Assembly (NCBI GenBank): GCA_035702625.1
Contig: DASSQG010000164.1
Location: forward strand, 1 to 41,488
Origin: Gaiellaceae bacterium
Lineage (GTDB): Bacteria; Actinomycetota; Thermoleophilia; Gaiellales; Gaiellaceae
Reading direction: 5' to 3'
Length of the DNA: 41,488 nucleotides
Shown here: piece after piece, positions 14,914 to 22,782 of the stretch
Position numbering within the stretch: the first letter of the stretch is position 1
Layout: each line of letters opens with the position of its first letter
Notes under the pieces: generated by a model
What the model saw: only the letters and a program-made list of their open reading frames with translations
Databases searched by the model: none
Told to the model about the DNA's origin: nothing
Position numbers and translations under genes: made by a program

Positions 14914-17900
14914 TCAGCGCCGCAGCGCCGCGAAGAGTGCCGCCCGCACCATCCGCGCGGGCGCTGCGGTGAGCGTCTTCTTCAGGTCGAGTCCGCTCGT
15001 CGAGCCGGCGACGCCGACGGTCGAGAGCTCGTAGTGAACGGTCGTCGGGCTCGGCTCGCGTTGGCCGTTCACGGCGGTGACGGCGTAGCGGACGGCGACG
15101 AAGTACGTGCCGGCCGCGGCGGTGAAGTCGACCGTGACCGACCCGTTCGCGCCGGCGGCGACGACCGGGTTCCTGACCTTCCCACACGCCGCAGTGAAGA
15201 CGAGGCTGCCGGTGGCGAGGTCGAGCTTCCGGCTGAAGTTCCCGGACGTGATCGCCTGGTCGATCTCGACACGGTGTGCGCCGGCCGGGACGGTGAGCTT
15301 CACCCAGTACGTGAGCTTGCTCGGCGTCTCCTTGGAGATCTTCCCGCCCTTCGACGAGTAGAAGACCGAGCCGAGCGTCGCGGCCGTGCCGGCGCCGAAC
15401 TGCTGGCACGTCGCCGTCGTGTCCGTGATCTGGCTCGCCGACTGGGCCGGGTTGATCTGGAACGTCCGCGGCACGTCGCTTGCCGCGGCGTAGTTCGAGT
15501 CGCCGCCCTGCGACGCCGTGATCGTGCAGCTGCCGGCGCCGGTCAGATGCACGGTCGTGCCGGAGACGGTGCACTGGCCGGACGCCGCGAACGAGACGGC
15601 CAGGCCGGAGCTCGCCGTCGCGCCCACGGTGAAGTCCGGGTCGCCGACGGTGCGGTCGGGCAGCGGCGCGAACGCGATCGTCTGGCCGGCCTTCTGCGCC
15701 GTCGTCGTCTCGCCCACCTGCGGAGCGGCGTTGTAGTTCGCGTCGCCGGCCTGGTCGTACTCGACGCTGCACGTGCCGGTGCCGCTCGTCATCGTGAACG
15801 TGTCGCCGCTGTTCGAGCAGGCGCCCGAGCTCGAGAACGTGACCGGGTTGCCGGCGCCGCCGCCGCTCGCCGCCACGGAGAAGGTCGAGCCGAACGCGGC
15901 GCTCACGGGCGCATGGAGCGTGATCACGATCGCCTGGTTGGCCTTCGTCGCGTTCACCGACTCCGTCACCTGCGGCGCGGCGTTGTAGTTCGCGTTGCCC
16001 GCCTGGTCGTACTCGACCGAGCAGGTGGCCGAGCTGCTCGTCATGGTGAACGAGGCCCCGGTGTTCGAACACGAGCCGGCGCTCGAAAACGTGACCGACC
16101 CGCCGGGGGCGCTCGCCGCGACCGAGAAGTTCGAGTTGTACGCGACCGAGGCCGGCGCGTGGGTCGTGACCGTGATCGTCTGGTCGGCCTTCTGGGCCGT
16201 GACCGACTCCGTCACCTGGGGCGCCGCGTCGTAGTTCGCGTCACCGGCCTGGTCGTACTTGACCGAGCAGGTGCCGGTGCCGCCCGTCATCGTGAACGTG
16301 GCGCCGGAGTTCGAGCAGGCGCCGGCGCTCGTGAAGCTGACCGGCCCGCCCGGCGCAGCGCCCGCGACCGGGAAGCCCGAGCCGTAGACGGCCGAGCTCG
16401 GCGCGTGCGTCGTGACCGTGATCGTCTGGCCGGCCTTCTGTGCGGTGACCGTCTCGGTCAGCTCGGGCGCGTCGGCGTACTGGTCGTTTCCGGCCTGGTC
16501 GAACCTGACCGTGCAGGCGCCGGTCCCGCTCGTCATCGTGAAGGCGGCGCCGTTGTTCGAGCATGCGCCGCCGCTCGAGAACGTGACCGCGTTGCCCGAG
16601 CCGCCGCCGGTCGCCGCCACCGAGAAGGTGCCCCCGTAGAGGGCGGTGCTCGGCGCGTGCAGCGTGATCGTGATCGACTGCGCCTGCTTTCCGGCCGTGA
16701 CCGACTCGACCACCTGCGGGGCCGCGTTGTAGTTCGCGTTCCCCGCCTGGTCGTACTCGACCGAGCAGGTTCCGCTCGCGGCCGTGATCGTGTACGTCGC
16801 GCCGGAGTTCGTGCAGGCACCTGCGCTCGAGAAGCCGACCGAGCCGCCAGGCGCCGTCGCCGCGACGGTGAACTGGCCGTTGAAGGGCTCGGCAGAGGGC
16901 GCGTGCTGCGTGACCGTGATCGTCTGGTCGGCCTTCTGGGCCGTGACCGACTCCGTCACCTGCGGCGCCGCGTTGTAGTTCGCGTTGCCGGCCTGGTCGT
17001 ACTTGACCGAGCAGGTGCCGGTGCCGCCCGTCATCGTGAAGGTGGCGCCGGTGTTGCTGCAGGCGCCGCTGCTCGAGAACGCGACCGCGTTGCCCGAGCC
17101 GCCGCCCGCCGCGGCGACGGTGAACTGGCCGTTGAAGACCGCCGAGGCCGGCGCGTGCGTCGTGACCGTGATCGCCTGGTCGGCCCGATTCACCGTCAGG
17201 GAACCCGAGCCCGAGCTCGCGGCGAAGGAGCCGTCGCCGGCGAACGACGCGCTCACGCCGGTCGCGTAGGTGCCAGCGTTGATGCCGGCCAGGCTGACGT
17301 TCGCGAGCGTCGCGACGCCGCTGCCGTTCGTGGTCGCGCTGCCGACGCTCGAGCCGTTCAGCGTGAAGCCGACCGACTCGCCGGAAACGGGGCTGCCGCC
17401 GGAGGTCAGCGTCGCCGAGAGCGATGTCGTGCCGCCGTAGGTACCCGTGGCGCCAGCGGCCGCGAGTGCGGTCGGCGAGGTGCCGGTCGTGTCGGCGAAG
17501 CAAACGCTGACGCTCGAGAGCGTCGGCGTCACGGAGCCGCTGCCCGTCGACAGGAACGCCTCGTACTTCAGGTAGCGCAGCCCGTCGAACTGGCTCAGGC
17601 TCGCGCCGCTCGTGGTGAAGAACGTGTTCGCCGTCCCGTCCGGGCCGACGAAGGTGAACGGCCCGTACTGCGAGTTGCTCCCCGCGACCTGGAACTTGAC
17701 CGACGTCCCGGCCGGCTGCGTGGCCGTGAACGAAAGCGTCGTCCAGGTCGGGGTGCGGCCGGCCGCGGGATTCGCGTCCTTCAGCGACGAGACGTACGTC
17801 CCGCTCGAGGCGAAGCCCGGGTTCACGTACGTGACGAAGCTCAGGTCGCGGCCGCCGGCCGTGGTGTCCGCCGTCCACGTCGTCCCGCTGTTCGTCGAGG

Positions 17901-20577
17901 TGACGCGCTGCCCGCTCGCGTACGGGTTCGTGTCGGAGAAGCCGGTGGTCGCGCAGCTGCAGGTGTACGCGACGGTGCCGCTCGCGAAGGCCGAGGCGAG
18001 CCGGAAGACGAGCGCGTACCGCGTCCCGGCCGTGACCGCGACCGGCGTGGCGAAGGTGAACGTCTTCAGCCCGCCGGCGCCGCCGTCGTTGAAGCCTGCG
18101 AGCGTGGCCGTGCCGAGGTCGGCGCCCGTCGGCACCGGCGTCGTGCCGGTGGTATTCCGGATCGAGAGCGTCACGTTCGGGCTGTTGGCGGTGCAGCTCG
18201 CGCAGAAGAGCTCGACGTCAACGCGCTTCAGCTGGCCGCTGACGGTCGGGGTGAACGTCTGTCCCGCCCAGCTCGTGTTGCTGAAGCCGAAGCCGCTCGG
18301 GCTGACGTCGTTGTTCCTCGCGGCCGTGTTGTCGGGCGCCGCGAGCACGACACTGCCCGGGCTCGAGACGAGGTCGCAGTTGGACGGTGCGCCGCGCTGG
18401 AACGTCGACTGCGTGTTGTCGGAAAAGCAGCCGCTCTGGGCCGACGCGGCGAGCGTGAAGTTCCGCGTGGCCGTGCCTCCGTCGGGCACCGCGATCGTCG
18501 CGGCCGAGCCGTCGTCGAAGCCGGCCTTGCTCGCCGTCAGCGAGGCGTAGGTCCCGGCCGGCACCGTGAACGAGTAGGTGCCGCTCCCGTTGGCGGTGGT
18601 CGTCCTGCTGCCGAGCGAGACGGTCGCGCCGGCGACCGGGTTGGTGCCGTCGGTGACCGTGCCCGAGAGGGTGCCGTTGCCGACCGGCGTGCAGGCGGGG
18701 TTGAGCTTGAACGAGCCGATGCGCGTCAGGTCGTTGAGGCCCGTCGTCGCGTAGTACTCGCCGGTCATCCAGAACTCGCAGCCGTTCGGGTCGAGCGACA
18801 TACCGGAGTAGTCGCCCCAGCGGGTGCACGCGGCGCCGCCGCAGTTGCCGCTCTGCGCGCCGCTGCCGTCGATCAGCGTCTGCTCGCTCTGGCCGAGCGT
18901 GTTCGACGGGTCACCGGCGAGCCGGCCGGCGTACTTGACCTGCGGGTTCGTCGTCGAGTTCGACTTCGTGTAGCCGATCGCCAGGTCGCCGAGGCGGTCG
19001 ACGGCGAGGCTGGGCATGAACCGGAAGAACGTGTTCGCGCCCTCGGGGTCGTACGATTGGCCCTGGACGACGTTCGCGGCGACGGTTCCGCCAGTGACGT
19101 TCGCCTGGTACCAGCGGATCGTCGCGTTGTTCGTGTTGCTGCCGCCGCAGCTCGCGAGCGCGAAGGTCCCGCGGTTGACCGTGTGGTCGACCCAGAGCGA
19201 CTCGGCGCCGCCGATGTTCGTGTACTGCGGCTGCGCCATCGCGCGGATCGAGAGCGTGTCGGCGGCATTCGCGGGCGTCAGCGCGTTCGAGACCGCCGCG
19301 TTCGGCCAGCAGTTGGGCGCGAGCTGCGTCTGCGCCCCGGTGAACGTCGACGTCGACGGCTTGTCCCAGTCGACGTGGAACTTGTAGATCGAGAGCCCGT
19401 TCAGGAACTGCTCGGTGGAGACGAAGTACTCGGGCTCACCGGCGGTCGGCGTCCCCGCCTGGAGGCGCGCGTTCGCCGGGATGACCGTGAAGTCCGACGA
19501 GTCGCCCGCGAAGTCGACCACCTGCGGGCTCGGCGCGCCGGCGTACATCTGCTGCTTGTTCAGCGCCCAGACGTGGTAGCCGAGGTACGAGCCGCCGGCC
19601 GGGTAGCCGAACATGTTCGCGGACATGTAGATGCCGTCCGGCCACACGCCGAACTTCGGGTAGTCGTTGAGCGCGCCCGGGGCGGCGATCGAGTAGAAGT
19701 TCCAGCCGCCGTTGACGGGATCGCCGGTCTTCGAGACCGCGAAGCACTGGAAGGCGCCGGGCGGGTTCACGACGTTGCCGCTCGCATCCAGCTTGAACGC
19801 GAAGTCGGTGATGAACCAGCGGTTCTCGAAGCTGTCGTAGAGGACGACCGGGTCGCCGAAGTTGTCCGTGTCGCACAGGTTCCCGAAATGCCCCTGGCTC
19901 ATGAACGAGTTGAAGGTGAACGCCGCGACGCGCGTGCCGGTCGACTTGTTGTAGATGCCGATCGACGTGTTGACGGTCTGGATGTAGTACGTCGGACCGA
20001 CGTCGCCGTTCTCGTCGGGCGGATGGCCGGCTCCCCAGTTGGCGAAGTCGAGGCCGTCGAAGCTGGAGTCGGGAGCGGGCGCCGCGGCTGAGACCATCTG
20101 GCTCTGTTTGATCACCCGCGGGAGCTGGGGTGCGACGCGGGTCGGGTTCTCGAGCGCCTTGGCGGCGCGCGTGCCCAACGGTGCGAAGCCGGGAGCGGTG
20201 CGCTCCGGGCGCTCCTTCCTGACGACGAGGCCCCTGAGCTTGCGGACGTCGAAGACCTTCGAATGGGCTGCCTTCAGGTGGAGCTGCTGCGGGCGCGACC
20301 GCTTGGCCGCCTTCGGAAGGTGTCCGCGCACGGCCGTGCGCGCGCGCACCGACGCCGGCGACGCCTTTCCCGATCCGAGCGTCGAGCGCTGCTGGGCCGT
20401 CCCGCGCTCGAGCAGCTGCTGCGCGGGCGACGCGTGCGTGGTCGCGCTCGCCGCGACGACGGTCGCGATCGCGGCGCCGACGAGCACCGCGGCGACCAGG
20501 ACCCCGCGCTTCGTGAACATGCTCGTGTATCGACGCGCAGGCGTGCGCCCACGACCCTCATCCCGCCGCATCGCCAT
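14914..20577 (-). CDS. giant exported surface protein (WGDY beta-rich domain, CarboxypepD_reg-like domain, Ig-like repeats)
   Basis: 1887-aa ORF. ATG at 20577 is preceded by GGAGAGGGG. A hydrophobic signal/anchor lies at aa 25-45. Also present are GTLSGTVTDGTNPVAGATVSLG...GTYSFTVPAGTY (carboxypeptidase-regulatory-like) and seven tandem Ig-like repeats. The 1868-aa ORF on the + strand is its antisense shadow. Confidence 0.85.
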   Translation of the reverse strand: MAMRRDEGRGRTPARRYTSMFTKRGVLVAAVLVGAAIATVVAASATTHASPAQQLLERGTAQQRSTLGSGKASPASVRARTAVRGHLPKAAKRSRPQQLHLKAAHSKVFDVRKLRGLVVRKERPERTAPGFAPLGTRAAKALENPTRVAPQLPRVIKQSQMVSAAAPAPDSSFDGLDFANWGAGHPPDENGDVGPTYYIQTVNTSIGIYNKSTGTRVAAFTFNSFMSQGHFGNLCDTDNFGDPVVLYDSFENRWFITDFAFKLDASGNVVNPPGAFQCFAVSKTGDPVNGGWNFYSIAAPGALNDYPKFGVWPDGIYMSANMFGYPAGGSYLGYHVWALNKQQMYAGAPSPQVVDFAGDSSDFTVIPANARLQAGTPTAGEPEYFVSTEQFLNGLSIYKFHVDWDKPSTSTFTGAQTQLAPNCWPNAAVSNALTPANAADTLSIRAMAQPQYTNIGGAESLWVDHTVNRGTFALASCGGSNTNNATIRWYQANVTGGTVAANVVQGQSYDPEGANTFFRFMPSLAVDRLGDLAIGYTKSNSTTNPQVKYAGRLAGDPSNTLGQSEQTLIDGSGAQSGNCGGAACTRWGDYSGMSLDPNGCEFWMTGEYYATTGLNDLTRIGSFKLNPACTPVGNGTLSGTVTDGTNPVAGATVSLGSRTTTANGSGTYSFTVPAGTYASLTASKAGFDDGSAATIAVPDGGTATRNFTLAASAQSGCFSDNTQSTFQRGAPSNCDLVSSPGSVVLAAPDNTAARNNDVSPSGFGFSNTSWAGQTFTPTVSGQLKRVDVELFCASCTANSPNVTLSIRNTTGTTPVPTGADLGTATLAGFNDGGAGGLKTFTFATPVAVTAGTRYALVFRLASAFASGTVAYTCSCATTGFSDTNPYASGQRVTSTNSGTTWTADTTAGGRDLSFVTYVNPGFASSGTYVSSLKDANPAAGRTPTWTTLSFTATQPAGTSVKFQVAGSNSQYGPFTFVGPDGTANTFFTTSGASLSQFDGLRYLKYEAFLSTGSGSVTPTLSSVSVCFADTTGTSPTALAAAGATGTYGGTTSLSATLTSGGSPVSGESVGFTLNGSSVGSATTNGSGVATLANVSLAGINAGTYATGVSASFAGDGSFAASSGSGSLTVNRADQAITVTTHAPASAVFNGQFTVAAAGGGSGNAVAFSSSGACSNTGATFTMTGGTGTCSVKYDQAGNANYNAAPQVTESVTAQKADQTITVTQHAPSAEPFNGQFTVAATAPGGSVGFSSAGACTNSGATYTITAASGTCSVEYDQAGNANYNAAPQVVESVTAGKQAQSITITLHAPSTALYGGTFSVAATGGGSGNAVTFSSGGACSNNGAAFTMTSGTGACTVRFDQAGNDQYADAPELTETVTAQKAGQTITVTTHAPSSAVYGSGFPVAGAAPGGPVSFTSAGACSNSGATFTMTGGTGTCSVKYDQAGDANYDAAPQVTESVTAQKADQTITVTTHAPASVAYNSNFSVAASAPGGSVTFSSAGSCSNTGASFTMTSSSATCSVEYDQAGNANYNAAPQVTESVNATKANQAIVITLHAPVSAAFGSTFSVAASGGGAGNPVTFSSSGACSNSGDTFTMTSGTGTCSVEYDQAGDANYNAAPQVGETTTAQKAGQTIAFAPLPDRTVGDPDFTVGATASSGLAVSFAASGQCTVSGTTVHLTGAGSCTITASQGGDSNYAAASDVPRTFQINPAQSASQITDTTATCQQFGAGTAATLGSVFYSSKGGKISKETPSKLTYWVKLTVPAGAHRVEIDQAITSGNFSRKLDLATGSLVFTAACGKVRNPVVAAGANGSVTVDFTAAAGTYFVAVRYAVTAVNGQREPSPTTVHYELSTVGVAGSTSGLDLKKTLTAAPARMVRAALFAALRR
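15448..17184 (-). repeat. seven tandem coding repeats of 243-252 bp (81-84 aa Ig-like modules)
   Basis: The peptide unit (A/Q)xQ(T/A)ITVT.HAP....(F/Y)...F.VAA...GG.V.FSS.G.C.N.GA.FTMT...GTC.V.YDQAGNANYNAAPQV.E.V.A.K recurs seven times. At the DNA level the string TTGTAGTTCGCGT.GCC.GCCTGGTCGTAC recurs near 15733, 15985, 16231, 16729 and 16975. Confidence 0.85.
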
Positions 20578-20623
20578 CCAACGTGCTCCCCTCTCCCTGC
20601 CTGCCGCCGCTGAGCGGGTGATA

Positions 20624-20642
20624 GCACGGCCCTCGGCCGTGC
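20624..20642 (-). terminator. hairpin downstream of fabF
   Basis: GCACGGCC-CTC-GGCCGTGC, an 8-bp stem between the fabF stop and the start of the giant gene. There is no clear U-tract. Confidence 0.35.
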
Positions 20643-20697
20643 GACCCGCGAGACCCCTACGTCAGGTTCTTAGCACTGGGTGCGATGCACGTAAAGA

Positions 20698-21930
20698 TCA
20701 CCCGTCGAAACGGCTGACCAGCACGCACGCGTTGTGGCCGCCGAGGCCCATCGCGTTCGAGAGCGCGACGTCGACCTCGGCCTTGCGCGACTCGTTCGGG
20801 ACGTAGTCCAGGTCGCAGACCGGATCGGGATGCTCGTAGTTGATCGTCGGCGGCAGCACGCCGTCGCGCACGGCGAGCACGCACATCATCGCCTCGATCG
20901 CGCCCGCCGCTCCGAAGCAGTGGCCCATCACCGACTTGGTCGAGGAGACGGCGAGCTCGTAGGCGTGGTCGCCGAAGACGTCCTTGATCGCCTTCGTCTC
21001 GGCCGCGTCGCCGAGCGGCGTCGAGGTGCCGTGCGCGTTGACGTACCCGACGCGCTCCGGGTCGACCTCGGCGCGCTTGAGCGCGCTGCGCATCATCTCG
21101 GCGACGCCGATCGCCTCGGGCTCCGGCGCCGCGAGGTGGTACGCGTCGTTGGAGGCCCCGTAGCCGAGCACCTCCGCGTAGATCTCCGCGCCGCGCGCCT
21201 TGGCCGCCTCGAGCTCCTCGAGCACGAGCACGCACGCACCCTCGCCCATCACGAACCCCGCTCGCGTCGCGTCGAACGGGCGCGAGGCGTGCGGCGGGTG
21301 CTCCTGCTCGGCGGCGAGTCCGCGCATCGCGGTGAACCCCGCGAGGATCAGCGGGTGGATGCAGGCCTCGGTCCCGCCGGCGAGGACCGCGTCAGCGTCG
21401 CCGCGGCGGATCGTCTCGGCGCCCTCGCCGACGGCGTGCGAGCCGGTGGCGCAGGCGGAGACCGGTGCGTAGTTCGGGCCGCGGATGCCGAGCGAGATCG
21501 CGAGCTGCCCGCTCGCCGAGTCGACGAGCACGCTCGGGATGAAGTACGGCGAGACGCGATCCGGTCCGCGGTCGCGCAGCGTCTCGGCCTGCTGGACGAT
21601 CCCGATCAGGCCGCCGATCGCCGAGCCGAAGACGATCCCGACCCGGTGGGGGTCGAACCCGTTCAGGCCCGCGTCCGCGACCGCCTCCCTGGCGGCGCCG
21701 AGCGCGAGCACGACGTTGCGGTCGAGTCGGCGTAGCTCCTTCGGCGGGGCGAGGCCGATCGGGTCGTAGTCCTTGACCTCCGCGGCGACGCGGACGGGCA
21801 GCCCGTCCGCGTCGAACGCTCGGATCCAGTCGATCCCGCTCTCGCCGGCCACAGCGGCGCGCCAGGTGTCCGGCGCGCTGTTCCCGACCGGCGTGATCGC
21901 TCCCAGCCCTGTGACGACGACTCGCCTCAC
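20698..21930 (-). CDS. fabF: beta-ketoacyl-ACP synthase II
   Basis: 410-aa ORF with a GTG start. MRRVVVTGLGAITPVGN, the active-site Cys context PVSACATGSHA, and the His regions NAHGTSTPLGD and VSSTKSVMGHCFGAAG are all present. Confidence 0.95.
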   Translation of the reverse strand: MRRVVVTGLGAITPVGNSAPDTWRAAVAGESGIDWIRAFDADGLPVRVAAEVKDYDPIGLAPPKELRRLDRNVVLALGAAREAVADAGLNGFDPHRVGIVFGSAIGGLIGIVQQAETLRDRGPDRVSPYFIPSVLVDSASGQLAISLGIRGPNYAPVSACATGSHAVGEGAETIRRGDADAVLAGGTEACIHPLILAGFTAMRGLAAEQEHPPHASRPFDATRAGFVMGEGACVLVLEELEAAKARGAEIYAEVLGYGASNDAYHLAAPEPEAIGVAEMMRSALKRAEVDPERVGYVNAHGTSTPLGDAAETKAIKDVFGDHAYELAVSSTKSVMGHCFGAAGAIEAMMCVLAVRDGVLPPTINYEHPDPVCDLDYVPNESRKAEVDVALSNAMGLGGHNACVLVSRFDG

Positions 21931-21951
21931 GGCTGGGAGCTTACGGAGGTG

Positions 21952-22443
21952 TCAGACCTTGACGCCTTCCTCTTCGAGCGAGATCTCGGCGAAGAGGTCC
22001 CAGTGGCCCTCGATCTTCTTGGCCATCGCCTCCTCGTCCTTGCGGTTCTGGCGGGCGACCTCGGCCGTCTTCTTGTCGCCGGCGCGCTCCGCGATCCGCT
22101 CGAGCAGCTGGTAGCTCGCGATCTCCATGTGCTCGGTCGCGTACCCGTCGCGGGCGTTCCGGCCGGCCTTCTCGGTGCGGGCCATGTCGACCACGCTCTT
22201 CATCAGCGCGCCCATCACCCCGCCTGCCTCCCGGACCGCCGAGGGCGAGGCGCCGCGGTCGTCGAGCCGCCCCTGGAGCCGGCTGATGTGCTCCTCGGTC
22301 TCGACCTTGTGGTGCCGGAGGTCGTTCTTGATCTCCTGCTTGTGCGTCGTCTCGATCATGCCGTCGAGCATCCGCAGGACGTTGTTCTCCATCGCGAGTG
22401 CTTCGTCGATGTGCTTGTTGAGCTGATCGTCGAGATCGGCCAT
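21952..22443 (-). CDS. DUF892 / YciE-YciF-like ferritin-fold protein
   Basis: ATG at 22443 lies 6 nt downstream of a perfect GGAGGA. The 163-aa helical protein (HIDEALAMENNVLRMLD...ATEHMEIASYQLLERIAERAGD) is typical of DUF892. Confidence 0.8.
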   Translation of the reverse strand: MADLDDQLNKHIDEALAMENNVLRMLDGMIETTHKQEIKNDLRHHKVETEEHISRLQGRLDDRGASPSAVREAGGVMGALMKSVVDMARTEKAGRNARDGYATEHMEIASYQLLERIAERAGDKKTAEVARQNRKDEEAMAKKIEGHWDLFAEISLEEEGVKV

Positions 22444-22731
22444 CGGTCCTCCTCGTGTCGGTGTTCGCTCCATCGCGAATCGCCCGAACTCCTGCCCGCG
22501 AAACGTCGCGCGGCCGAGGTAGGCGTCGCCGTGCGGCCGGAGCTCGTCCACGAAGCCGGTGAACGGCGCGCGGTAGTGGAGGCTGAGGCCAACGACGTCG
22601 AACGGCGCGCCCGGCAACGGTCCCATCGTCGTCTCGCCGTGCGTACCCTGGATGTGCTTGCGCACGCCGAAGAGCGGCGGCAGCAGGCCGCCGAGCCGCC
22701 TGACGTACCACACCCCGTCGAGCTCTGTCAT
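22444..22731 (-). CDS. in-frame upstream coding segment (96 codons) continuous with the DUF892 ORF: N-terminal extension, or a small gene that lost its stop
   Basis: ATG at 22731. The sequence MTELDGVWYVRRLGGLLPPLFGVRKHIQG...FGRFAMER has very high GC3 in this frame. There is no stop codon before the DUF892 ATG. Only the last 8 codons, which contain the SD, are GC3-poor. Confidence 0.5.
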
Positions 22732-22782
22732 GCCGATAGCGTTGCTCCCTCGGTGCCCCCGCGAAACCTTCCCTTCCCGCCG

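Noticed and set aside
15448-17184. Regularly spaced repeats that could be mistaken for a CRISPR array or satellite
   Set aside because: The period is 243-252 bp and there are no short repeat/spacer alternations. The whole tract is one open reading frame encoding Ig-like modules.
14485-20091. 1868-aa ORF on the + strand, rich in Arg/Gly/Ala/Asp
   Set aside because: It is the antisense shadow of the 1887-aa minus-strand gene. Its composition is low-complexity RGA-rich, and GC is highest at its codon position 1, which corresponds to position 3 of the true frame. The minus-strand product has a signal peptide, recognisable domains and a paralogue.
21949-22782. 278-codon upstream extension of the DNA ligase ORF
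   Set aside because: It is antisense to the DUF892 gene and its in-frame upstream segment. Ligase homology begins at MEAELVDELPAGEWQYEPKWDG (ATG 22783).
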